Shown here: positions 10,240 to 19,246 of the stretch, piece by piece
Layout of the letters: each line of letters opens with the position of its first letter
Position numbering within the stretch: the stretch's first letter is position 1
Source: a virus
Taxonomy: Duplodnaviria; Heunggongvirae; Uroviricota; Caudoviricetes
Direction: 5' to 3' (one strand)
Length of the DNA: 64,000 nt
Virus record (IMG/VR): IMGVR_UViG_3300042401_002002
Notes under the pieces: model-generated
Told to the model about the DNA's origin: nothing
The model's database searches: none
What the model saw: only the letters and a program-made list of their open reading frames with translations
Position numbers and translations under genes: made by a program

Positions 10240-10921
10240 ACGTTAAATCCAAACCAGCTTCTACCTCATTAATTTTATTTCTTAGTTCTTTAGCTTCTCT
10301 AATTTGCATCCTATCCAAGAATAAATCATTCTTAGCTTTATTATCATTACCATTAATTGAAACAATTTGTGTTTTTAATTTATTCATAATTAGATTATTT
10401 GCACCACCTAACATCTTAACTTCACTCTCAGATGTAGATTGCAATCTTCTCATTTCACCCATTGTCAGATATCTAAAAATAAATGTGTTACCGTTTTTAG
10501 ATACATATCTAAAATAACCGTCTTTATCATGAACATCACCAAATGGTCTAGTTTCAAATTTACCCAAATCAACAACTTCTTTAAATTCTACACCTGTATA
10601 TGGTGAAGTAACTATTGTTTCATACTCAGCACCATAAGCTGTAATCCTTAAGTTAAATAAAATTGCATCATAATCACCAGGTAATAACTGGTCTGGTTGC
10701 ATACCTAAATCTTTAGCTTTCAATGAAATTAAAGTATCAAAAGCCTTGTTTGATTTAATTAAGTTAGGTGATAATAATATTGCTTCATCCTTCGCACACA
10801 TACCTTCAACAGTTACCTGTGTCTTGCCATTAGGGTACAACACACCACCACTAGGTAAATCTACAACGTCAAACATTATATTACCAAACTCTGGTTTTTC
10901 GTTTAAATTATTTTGTTCCAT
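10160..10921 (-). CDS. Hypothetical virion (baseplate or tail-associated?) protein
   Basis: 253-aa ORF in a structural context. Confidence 0.5.
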   Translation of the reverse strand: MEQNNLNEKPEFGNIMFDVVDLPSGGVLYPNGKTQVTVEGMCAKDEAILLSPNLIKSNKAFDTLISLKAKDLGMQPDQLLPGDYDAILFNLRITAYGAEYETIVTSPYTGVEFKEVVDLGKFETRPFGDVHDKDGYFRYVSKNGNTFIFRYLTMGEMRRLQSTSESEVKMLGGANNLIMNKLKTQIVSINGNDNKAKNDLFLDRMQIREAKELRNKINEVEAGLDLTYEFTCPDTGQTFQARVSIGPDFFYPV

Positions 10922-10987
10922 AAAAAATTAATTTATTAGTCTTTTATTTAAATATAAAAATTTTATAAAAAATAGTATGTTTATTGA

Positions 10988-11017
10988 AACTTTTTTTGTA
11001 AGTTTACGTTAGAATTA
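10988..11017 (+). promoter_or_regulatory. Class-A promoter-like motif (ctttttttgTAAGTTTACGTTagaat) upstream of the methyltransferase
   Basis: Matches the recurring AACCTTTT-N-TAnnTTT(G/A)CGTT family. Confidence 0.4.
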
Positions 11018-11092
11018 GAAAATGAGGTATAACGGCTACGGCTATGTGCAGTAGCGGATTTGAAACACAAAACTTTAAATAACAGATAAATT

Positions 11093-11867
11093 ATGATAGT
11101 AGAACAAATGTTGAAGAACGCACAAACACCGCTATTGCATATAGCCGATGTTAGCGGTAGTGCTTTATTTCAAGGCGATTGCTTAGATATTATGCCTTTG
11201 ATACCTGATAAATCGGTGCAGTTAATTTTGGCTGATTTGCCTTATGGAACGACACAATGTAAATGGGATAGTGTTTTGCCTTTGGACTTACTTTGGAAGC
11301 AATACGAAAGGATTATTACAGACAAAGGAGCAATGATTTTTACTGCTTCCCAACCATTTACAACAATATTGACTGCAAGTAACATAAACCACTTTAAATA
11401 TTCTTTGGTTTGGGTGAAAACAAAAGCAACTGGACACTTGGATGCAAAAAAAGAAGCCAATGAAAAAACACGAGGATATTTTGGTATTTTGTAAAAACGG
11501 ATTTCCAAACTATTACCCACAAGGTCTAATTGATGGGGAGTTTAAGACTGGAAGAGATGTTGATATGGAAGGTAGAGTTTATGGACAATACAAAAATCAT
11601 AAAATATCTACAAAGGGTAACTATCCAAAAAGTGTTTTAGAAATACCAAACCCAAGCGGAAAGGGTAATTTGCATCCAACAGTAAAACCTATTGATTTAA
11701 TGAAGTGGTTTATTGAGCAATATTCACTTGAAAACGATATGGTATTAGATAACACAATGGGAAGCGGAACAACTTGTTTAGCTGCCAAAGAACTTAACCG
11801 TAAATTTATCGGGATAGAAAAGGAAGCCAATTATTATGAGATTGCTTGTCGAAGATGCGGTTTTTAG
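11093..11867 (+). pseudogene. Beta-class DNA N6-adenine/N4-cytosine methyltransferase split by a frameshift at an A7 tract (ORFs 11093..11494 and 11442..11867)
   Basis: Motif [10 protein letters not shown] lies in the first ORF and motif I MGSGTT in the second. The two frames join at GATGCAAAAAAAGAAGCC. Confidence 0.7.
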
Positions 11868-12057
11868 CATTACCGCTAACGTTAAAACGCTTGGCGAAGA
11901 AGCGGACTTGAAAGCACAAACTTTCAGTTTAGCACAAACGCCAATAGAAAGCACGAGTGTTCAATTTAGCACTAAACCCGCTTTTTTGCCAAACGTGTGT
12001 TATGTGCCGTTTTTTTTTTCGGAGTAGGATTTAATTAACAAAATAAAAAACAATAAA

Positions 12058-12396
12058 ATGGAATTTAAAAATTTATTACAAGACCACGATTACTATTGCT
12101 CTGATAGCAATTATTATTCAAATGATGCAGGGCAAAAATGGGAAAACTTTCAGGATTTTTATGATGAATATAAAGATGCTGATGTAGATATGAACTTAAT
12201 ATTTAGATGGGATATTAAGAAAAGAGATGACGGAATGTTATATATGGAAGTATTTATTATACACCAAAGAAAAGGGATTTTTGCACCACATTTTATTGAG
12301 AATGTCGTGGAAAATGATTTTGAAAGTATAAAAACATTGCTTCAACCACATTTAGATAAATTGGCTAAAAATTGGCTTCCATTTACGGTGTCTTAA
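12058..12396 (+). CDS. Hypothetical acidic protein
   Basis: 112-aa ORF. Confidence 0.5.
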   Translation: MEFKNLLQDHDYYCSDSNYYSNDAGQKWENFQDFYDEYKDADVDMNLIFRWDIKKRDDGMLYMEVFIIHQRKGIFAPHFIENVVENDFESIKTLLQPHLDKLAKNWLPFTVS

Positions 12397-12439
12397 AATG
12401 GCACATAACTACTATATAGAAGAATGTATATTTAAATAA

Positions 12440-13255
12440 TTGATTATGAATGTAAAGGGTGAATCAACTCTCGAAAAATTAAAAAATATTTTAAGAGTTA
12501 AAAATTATAGTGATAAAACAATAAATAATTATATACACTGTGTTGGGGTTTTTATAAACTCACATAATAAACAAACTTATCATTTAAATGAACAAGATTT
12601 AAAAACATATCTTCTAAATTATAATTATAGTTCTGTTTCTCAACAAAATCAAATTATTTCTTCTCTAAAATTATTTTATAAATATATTTTGGAGAAGAAA
12701 AATATACACTTAGATAAAATAGAACGACCTCGTTCAGAAAAGAAATTACCGAAAATAATTGATTCAGAATCTATTTTAAATAACCTTTCTAAAATAGAAA
12801 ATTTAAAGCATAGAACAATATTAAGTTTAACTTATAGCGTTGGTTTGAGAGTTTCAGAAGTCGTGAATTTAAAAATTGGTGATATTGATTCAAAAAGAAT
12901 GATTATTAATATAATCAATGGAAAAGGCAGAAAAGATAGAATTGTTCCGCTATCTCAAAATATTCTTAATTTATTGCGTGAATATTATAAAGAATATAAA
13001 CCGAAAGAATATTTATTTAACGGTCAAAATTCAAATCAATATTCTATAAAATCAATACAGAATATTTATAAAAAATATATTGATGATAAAACATCTGTAC
13101 ATAATTTACGACATAGTTGTTTTACAAATTTATTAGAAAATGATACCGATATAATGATAATTAAAGAAATCGCAGGTCATTCAAATATTAAAACAACGCA
13201 AATTTATACTCACGTTTCGACTAAATTACTTAACAAAGTGAAATTACCAATATAA
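12440..13255 (+). CDS. Tyrosine site-specific recombinase (XerD-like integrase or invertase; 271 aa, no arm-binding domain)
   Basis: C-terminal LRHSCFTNLLE...AGHSNIKTTQIYTHV matches the R..H-x-x-R...Y catalytic signature. Confidence 0.85.
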   Translation: MIMNVKGESTLEKLKNILRVKNYSDKTINNYIHCVGVFINSHNKQTYHLNEQDLKTYLLNYNYSSVSQQNQIISSLKLFYKYILEKKNIHLDKIERPRSEKKLPKIIDSESILNNLSKIENLKHRTILSLTYSVGLRVSEVVNLKIGDIDSKRMIINIINGKGRKDRIVPLSQNILNLLREYYKEYKPKEYLFNGQNSNQYSIKSIQNIYKKYIDDKTSVHNLRHSCFTNLLENDTDIMIIKEIAGHSNIKTTQIYTHVSTKLLNKVKLPI

Positions 13256-13261
13256 AAATAA

Positions 13262-13290
13262 AACCTCTACCAATTAAGATAGAGGTTTTA
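13262..13290. terminator. Bidirectional terminator between the recombinase and GT25 genes
   Basis: aacctcta..tagaggtt hairpin. Confidence 0.55.
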
Positions 13291-13294
13291 ATAT

Positions 13295-13945
13295 TTACTT
13301 CGTAAAACTAGTATCATAAAATACACCACCACCTATATCACTAATTCCTGATTCTTGGTAAGCTAGATTAGGAACTAAACAAAAACTATTACCTCTACGT
13401 TGAATAACTTCTCTTAGAACCATGTCTAATGGTTTTTCATTCTTCTCTAATTCAGTTAGTAACTTTTGAAATACACTAGAGTTAATACCAAAACAATGAC
13501 AAGCATTTGCTTCTCTAACAATACCTACAACATTATTATAATATTTAAATGGTACTAAATGAGTGCAACCAAAATAAAATAAATCATAAGTAAACGGCAT
13601 ATTTATTTTTAATGTTGAAAATACATCAAAATAATTTTCTTTAAACCTTAAATCATCTTCACAAATTAAAATAGATTTGTATTTCTTCTTAATAGCTTCT
13701 TTAAGAATATTTATAACCGTAAGATTTAAAGCATAAGAATTTTTATTAAATCTTAAATATGTTTTTTGGTCATCAGTAAAAACAGGTACACCATTCTCAC
13801 CTTCAACTAAAGTTTCACCATCTACGGCACTAACTCTAGTAAACTCAAAATCAAACTGTTCAGTTAACTGGTTAATACCTGCTAGTCTATCAGTCCTTCT
13901 ATCTAAATTAATTAGATATGTTTTGTCAAATATTGTATTTATCAT
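13295..13945 (-). CDS. Glycosyltransferase family 25 (LOS/LPS-type beta-glycosyltransferase)
   Basis: N-terminal KTYLINLDRRTDRL and ILICEDDLRF motifs typical of GT25. Confidence 0.7.
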   Translation of the reverse strand: MINTIFDKTYLINLDRRTDRLAGINQLTEQFDFEFTRVSAVDGETLVEGENGVPVFTDDQKTYLRFNKNSYALNLTVINILKEAIKKKYKSILICEDDLRFKENYFDVFSTLKINMPFTYDLFYFGCTHLVPFKYYNNVVGIVREANACHCFGINSSVFQKLLTELEKNEKPLDMVLREVIQRRGNSFCLVPNLAYQESGISDIGGGVFYDTSFTK

Positions 13946-13962
13946 AAAAGTAAATTTAAGTT

Positions 13963-15954
13963 TTATATATAAGTTTCAATTGAAGCATAAACAGGTGTTG
14001 TACCACCAGTAAATGTTAAACCAACTAATTGGTTTGTTTCATCTAAACCTATAAAGTTTTTATTATTAATATCTATATTAGTTATCGTTATATTTGGTCT
14101 TAATGGTGATGCTTTATAACCATCATAGGCTAAACATGTTTTAATATTAGTATATATTTTAGTTGTAAAATCAGGTGTGTTAAAATTAATATTTTGAGTA
14201 CCTGGTGCAAATGTACAATTTGTCAAACCAACATTCCAAGCTAACATTCTAATATTTTTACACCTTTCACCAAAAGAACAATTAGTTATTTGTCCAACAT
14301 TTAAATATGTACTAATATTTTCACAACCTGATTTATATGTACTGTAATCAGAAAATAAATAAGGTGTTGCTCCTGTTGTGTTACTTATACCCAAATTCAA
14401 ACAGTTATCTAAATTATTGTAACTACCGTATAAATTAATATTATTAGAATTTTTAATAATGTTATTTGTATTAGTACCATAAGTTGTTGTATTTCCTGTT
14501 GTACCGATATTTATGTACGTTGAATTAGATACATCATGATAAGAACCACCAATAACTGAATTAACAACATTAGTTAATAATAAGTTATTACTTGTACTAA
14601 AAACTTTACTGTAATAAAATTTATTTATAATATTATTTGTACACCCCCCTTGAAAAATTGAATATCGCACGTCAAAGAAAGTAGAATCAGAATTACTTAA
14701 AATGTTATTAAATTGTGAACGAGATATAACTGTACCGTTACTCCCTCCACCAACTAAAATATTATTACTATAAGTTATTTCAGTATTATTAAACGCTCCA
14801 TCCACAAAAGTACTATTAGCCACGTTAGCTAATGTAATATTACTAAAAGTACCATTAATAATATTAAAATTATTAATATCATTAATTTTAAAATTTGTTA
14901 ATGAACCTTTAAATAAAGTTACATCTGTTACACTATCTGAAAAATATCCATTTTGACAAAAACTACTCCACAAAACAATATTAGGTTTGTGTGTGTAATT
15001 AGTTGATGTATAGTCATAAAAAGGTCTCCAACCGTTATAACTATAAAAACTATCTATTTCAATATTTTTATATTGTGTTGATGAATTATTATTTTCACTA
15101 TATGTTAAACCAAAAGTAAAACCTGATGTAACCCCTGTCATTGTATTACCGCTAATATATGTTGACGCTGAAGTAATAACAGGATATAATAAAATATCAG
15201 CCTTAACAGTTGTACCGTAATTAGTGGAACCTGTTTTTGTTAAATATATATCTGAATCAATTATACAAACTGAATTATCAGTTGTTGGCGGTGTACTAGC
15301 ACCAACGTTTTTAGAGTAAACATACAACTTACCATTGTACCATACATAATCACCGGTTCCACCTGTTACAGCAGGGTTATATTGATTATAATTTACTTTA
15401 TCAACAGGATACCTAAACATAATATGAGTTCTAAAATCATACCCCCTTACCTTAATATTTCTTACTGTATCATGCCTATAATAAATATACCCATTTCTTC
15501 TATAAACTTCAGTTCCATTAGGTAAAAGAAAACCGTTATTACTAAAATCATAATAAATTATATCTTGTGGGTAATCTTTACTGTAAACTTGTGTATGAAA
15601 ACTATAATCATCAACAGCTAATAATAATAACGTTTCTGTTTGTCCTGTATATACAATATTTGTATTATTAATACTATCAATAGTGTTATGATTTAATTCA
15701 TAATACATTCCAGATATTAAATCACCGGCTAATGCTAAACTCAATAAAGAATTGTAAGTATTACCTGTAACAATATTACTTTTATTAATAACCGTACTAA
15801 AGGAACCACCACCTATTTTATTATAGGTTATAACAGTACGTGCTACCGAATCAACAGTACTTACTGATTCAATAACCTCATCAACTAACCCATTATATTT
15901 AATTGCCCAAGCACCAACCTTATCAGCACCCTCAACAACTTTAAAATCACTCAT
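13963..15954 (-). CDS. Tail spike/fibre with parallel beta-helix repeats
   Basis: 663 aa with repeated N/G/T/S-rich ~22-aa segments (NNILVGGGSNGTVISRSQFNNILS...). Confidence 0.6.
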   Translation of the reverse strand: MSDFKVVEGADKVGAWAIKYNGLVDEVIESVSTVDSVARTVITYNKIGGGSFSTVINKSNIVTGNTYNSLLSLALAGDLISGMYYELNHNTIDSINNTNIVYTGQTETLLLLAVDDYSFHTQVYSKDYPQDIIYYDFSNNGFLLPNGTEVYRRNGYIYYRHDTVRNIKVRGYDFRTHIMFRYPVDKVNYNQYNPAVTGGTGDYVWYNGKLYVYSKNVGASTPPTTDNSVCIIDSDIYLTKTGSTNYGTTVKADILLYPVITSASTYISGNTMTGVTSGFTFGLTYSENNNSSTQYKNIEIDSFYSYNGWRPFYDYTSTNYTHKPNIVLWSSFCQNGYFSDSVTDVTLFKGSLTNFKINDINNFNIINGTFSNITLANVANSTFVDGAFNNTEITYSNNILVGGGSNGTVISRSQFNNILSNSDSTFFDVRYSIFQGGCTNNIINKFYYSKVFSTSNNLLLTNVVNSVIGGSYHDVSNSTYINIGTTGNTTTYGTNTNNIIKNSNNINLYGSYNNLDNCLNLGISNTTGATPYLFSDYSTYKSGCENISTYLNVGQITNCSFGERCKNIRMLAWNVGLTNCTFAPGTQNINFNTPDFTTKIYTNIKTCLAYDGYKASPLRPNITITNIDINNKNFIGLDETNQLVGLTFTGGTTPVYASIETYI

Positions 15955-15964
15955 ATATATTTAG

Positions 15965-16705
15965 TTAAATTATTTTTGTATTAGTTCTTAACCTATTATA
16001 AGCTTTAGTAACTGTAAAGTCTTTTTCACTTAATATATAAGCTCTCAAATTTATTTTTGTTGTAATTACATAATACCTATCAGCATTTCTATCTCCAGTT
16101 GTGCCATCATCACTAAATTCAACATCTCTTAACATTCTAAAATAATGACCATTAACTGTTATGTAATATTCTAAACCTTTAAATTTATCTAATATATGTT
16201 CAATAAATGTATTGGTGTCTTGAATATACCTACTAACAAAACTTACTTTATATTCAATATCCAAAGCACTAGGTTCTGGTATTTTATACAAATCATATCC
16301 GTACAAACCATTTTCAAATGTTGGTTTCTTATAATACAAATAATTTTTTACTGGTGTGTTATACCTACCCTCATAATAAGTCCCTTTCTGTATTCTACCT
16401 CTTTCAATTAAAATATATGGTGGTACAACATTCTTATCACCATCATTATATTCCCAAGTCTTAGCAAAATCACCCCACCTTTCATTTGTTAAATAAATAA
16501 CAGGTATTTGTTTATTATCAATGGTCATAGCAAACTCACCAGTCTGAAATACATCCATCACACCACCCTCTATATCTTCCATATAAATCGGTTGCGGTAA
16601 ATCCGTACTATACTGACTGTACTCATCAACAATTTCAGCAGTTCTACCAGGACCACCTTTTTGTAATGAAATATCTATATTATTTTTTAACCTCTTTTTT
16701 AACAT
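15965..16705 (-). CDS. Hypothetical virion protein
   Basis: 246-aa ORF. Confidence 0.5.
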   Translation of the reverse strand: MLKKRLKNNIDISLQKGGPGRTAEIVDEYSQYSTDLPQPIYMEDIEGGVMDVFQTGEFAMTIDNKQIPVIYLTNERWGDFAKTWEYNDGDKNVVPPYILIERGRIQKGTYYEGRYNTPVKNYLYYKKPTFENGLYGYDLYKIPEPSALDIEYKVSFVSRYIQDTNTFIEHILDKFKGLEYYITVNGHYFRMLRDVEFSDDGTTGDRNADRYYVITTKINLRAYILSEKDFTVTKAYNRLRTNTKII

Positions 16706-16708
16706 AAT

Positions 16709-17452
16709 TTAAACAATTACTGTATATTTACCATCCACATTAATATAATCTTTATTTTTATCAGTATTATATTTTTGTGTCGGTACAAAGTCTGCATTGT
16801 TTTGAATACTAACTAACTCATTTGGATTCTTATACTCATCTAACATGAAATAATCAGACGAATCAAAAGACCATAAATCACTTGTATTATCCAACAATAC
16901 TTTAATATAAATATCATTATTTTTTGTTTTAAAAAACTTAAGTTCACCATTCTTTGCATTGAATAACCTAACTCTTAAATACAATGAACTATAATTTGTG
17001 TTCTTCGGTAAAAACAACATTAAATCACTTAATGTAAATGATAATAAATCTATTAGTTTACCAGAAGTATCAACCAAAGACCTAAAATATTTTCGATAAC
17101 TATAAACTAATCTGTTTAACCTAGGGTCAGTTGTTTCGTAAAACTCTAACAAATAAAAACTTTTTAAAAATTTATCACTACCACTTCTAACCTCTTGTTC
17201 AGTAAACATATTAGTTAAATATGTGTTAAAAATTGTACCACCTGTTGTTAAACAAGATAAGTTGATTTGATATGTTATTGATGGGTCAAAAACTGTGACT
17301 TCTGTATCTCTAATTGGATTAGTATTTTGTTTTAATGTCTCTAATTCAAAAACACCTAATAAGTTATTATTCTCAACAACTATGTCATTTGATATGTTTA
17401 TATCAATATATGAATCAGAATTAGTTGTTTGTTTAACCTTATAGAACTCCAT
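16709..17452 (-). CDS. Hypothetical virion protein
   Basis: 247-aa ORF. Confidence 0.5.
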   Translation of the reverse strand: MEFYKVKQTTNSDSYIDINISNDIVVENNNLLGVFELETLKQNTNPIRDTEVTVFDPSITYQINLSCLTTGGTIFNTYLTNMFTEQEVRSGSDKFLKSFYLLEFYETTDPRLNRLVYSYRKYFRSLVDTSGKLIDLLSFTLSDLMLFLPKNTNYSSLYLRVRLFNAKNGELKFFKTKNNDIYIKVLLDNTSDLWSFDSSDYFMLDEYKNPNELVSIQNNADFVPTQKYNTDKNKDYINVDGKYTVIV

Positions 17453-17517
17453 GTGTTTTTATGTAAATAGATAAAAACTATTATTTACTATTTATTTGTA
17501 AAAGTTAATAATTTTTT

Positions 17518-19212
17518 ATGGCTGATATAACAATTTTACCAAAAACCAAACAAGAACTACAAGAAGAGTGGTTGAAATGCGCTCTTGATTTTGAATATTT
17601 TGCTGAGACTTATCTTAAAGTTGAAGATAAAAAAAAAGGTGGGTGGTTTCCTTTTAAATTAATGCCACATCAAAAAGATGTTTTTGAATTATATGAAAAT
17701 AATGAATTAGCTATAACTAATAAATATAGACAATCAGGTATTACCACCTTTACTTGTGCTTATTATACATGGAAAATGTGTTTCAATAAAAATATAAGAA
17801 TTGCAGTAATCGGTTCAAACTTAGAACATGCTAAAACTGAACTATTAAAACGTATATCAGATAATATTGAAGGTTTACCTGATTTTTTACGTATAGAAAC
17901 AATAATAGATTCACAAAAATATAAAACATATAAAAATGGTGGTGAAATAATCGCTAAAGCAGCTCAAGGAAATGCACTCAGGGGGACGAGTCCGAATCAT
18001 ATCATCCTAGATGAATTAGCACATTATGAGGACCTTGATAGTTTTTGGGAATCATCAAAATCAGCTTTTTCTATGGGGGGGTGTGTGAGAATCATAAGTA
18101 CCCCTTTAGGGTCAAGTAACATATTTTTTCAACTTTTTGATTTAGCTAAACAAGGTAAAAGTAGTTTTAAACCTATCGAATTAAAATGGTATCATGATAT
18201 ACGATTAAATACTGACCTTAAATGGGTTTCTGGGTCAGATGAAATTATTGAGTACAATAAAGATAAACAAAAAGAATTAATTTTAAAAGGTTATAAACCT
18301 ACATCTACATGGTATGAAAAAGAATGTGCAGGGTTTAATTATGATAAAAAGAAAATTGCACAAGAATTAGAAGGCGAATTCCTAGGTTCAGGTAATAGTT
18401 TTATAGATGAAGAATACATTAACCAACAGGAATTAGAAAACGTCTCAAAACCTATGTATTATGAACATAGTGATAAAAACTTTTGGATATGGAAATATCC
18501 TTTAAATAGTGAACAAAAATTTATATTTGGTGTTGATGTTTCGTTAGGTACAGCAGAAGACTATAGTACTATTACTGTAATGGATATGTTTAATTTAGAA
18601 ATGTATGCTGAATATAGAGGTAAAATACCACCAGATTTACTTGCTGATGTTGTTTACAAATTCGCAAACATATTCAATCATGCTTATGTTTGTGTTGATA
18701 TAACAGGTGGTTATGGTGTTGCAACAGTACAAAAATTAATTAATGAATATAGTTATAAAAATTTACATTACACTGAAATTAAAGATAGATATATAAAAGA
18801 TAGACTAGAAGGTGAAGCTAATGGTGATTTACGACCAGGTTTAACTATTGGGAAAAATCGCATGGAAATATTAGAATGTATGGCTAAAGCATTCAGAAGT
18901 GGTGAATTAATTATTAGGTCATCTAGATTAATTGATGAATTAAAAGGTTTTAAAGATGTGGGTGGGAAACCTGACCATAAAAGAGGTGGTACATCTGATT
19001 TAATTTTTTCATTAGCTATTGCATTATATGTTGGTGATAATAGTGGAACTACCATACTTAAAGCACTTGAAAGAACTAAATCTATGGTTTCATCATGGGT
19101 TGTTGTAAACTATAATAATGAAGATTTTGCTAGAGAACAAATTAAATTTGAAGAAAATTTAAAAAATAACGAAAATAATAATAAAATCCCTAGTTTATTT
19201 TATTTTAATTGA
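17518..19212 (+). CDS. terL: Terminase large subunit
   Basis: N-terminal ATPase with Walker-A-like YRQSGITT and Walker-B IILDELAH; C-terminal nuclease-like acidic residues. Confidence 0.8.
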   Translation: MADITILPKTKQELQEEWLKCALDFEYFAETYLKVEDKKKGGWFPFKLMPHQKDVFELYENNELAITNKYRQSGITTFTCAYYTWKMCFNKNIRIAVIGSNLEHAKTELLKRISDNIEGLPDFLRIETIIDSQKYKTYKNGGEIIAKAAQGNALRGTSPNHIILDELAHYEDLDSFWESSKSAFSMGGCVRIISTPLGSSNIFFQLFDLAKQGKSSFKPIELKWYHDIRLNTDLKWVSGSDEIIEYNKDKQKELILKGYKPTSTWYEKECAGFNYDKKKIAQELEGEFLGSGNSFIDEEYINQQELENVSKPMYYEHSDKNFWIWKYPLNSEQKFIFGVDVSLGTAEDYSTITVMDMFNLEMYAEYRGKIPPDLLADVVYKFANIFNHAYVCVDITGGYGVATVQKLINEYSYKNLHYTEIKDRYIKDRLEGEANGDLRPGLTIGKNRMEILECMAKAFRSGELIIRSSRLIDELKGFKDVGGKPDHKRGGTSDLIFSLAIALYVGDNSGTTILKALERTKSMVSSWVVVNYNNEDFAREQIKFEENLKNNENNNKIPSLFYFN

Positions 19213-19246
19213 TTACATTTGCATCGTAAATTTAAAACAAATAAAA

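Noticed and set aside
11242-11830. Antisense ORFs 11242..11520 and 11621..11830 within the methyltransferase
   Set aside because: They are embedded opposite a gene with clear MTase motifs.
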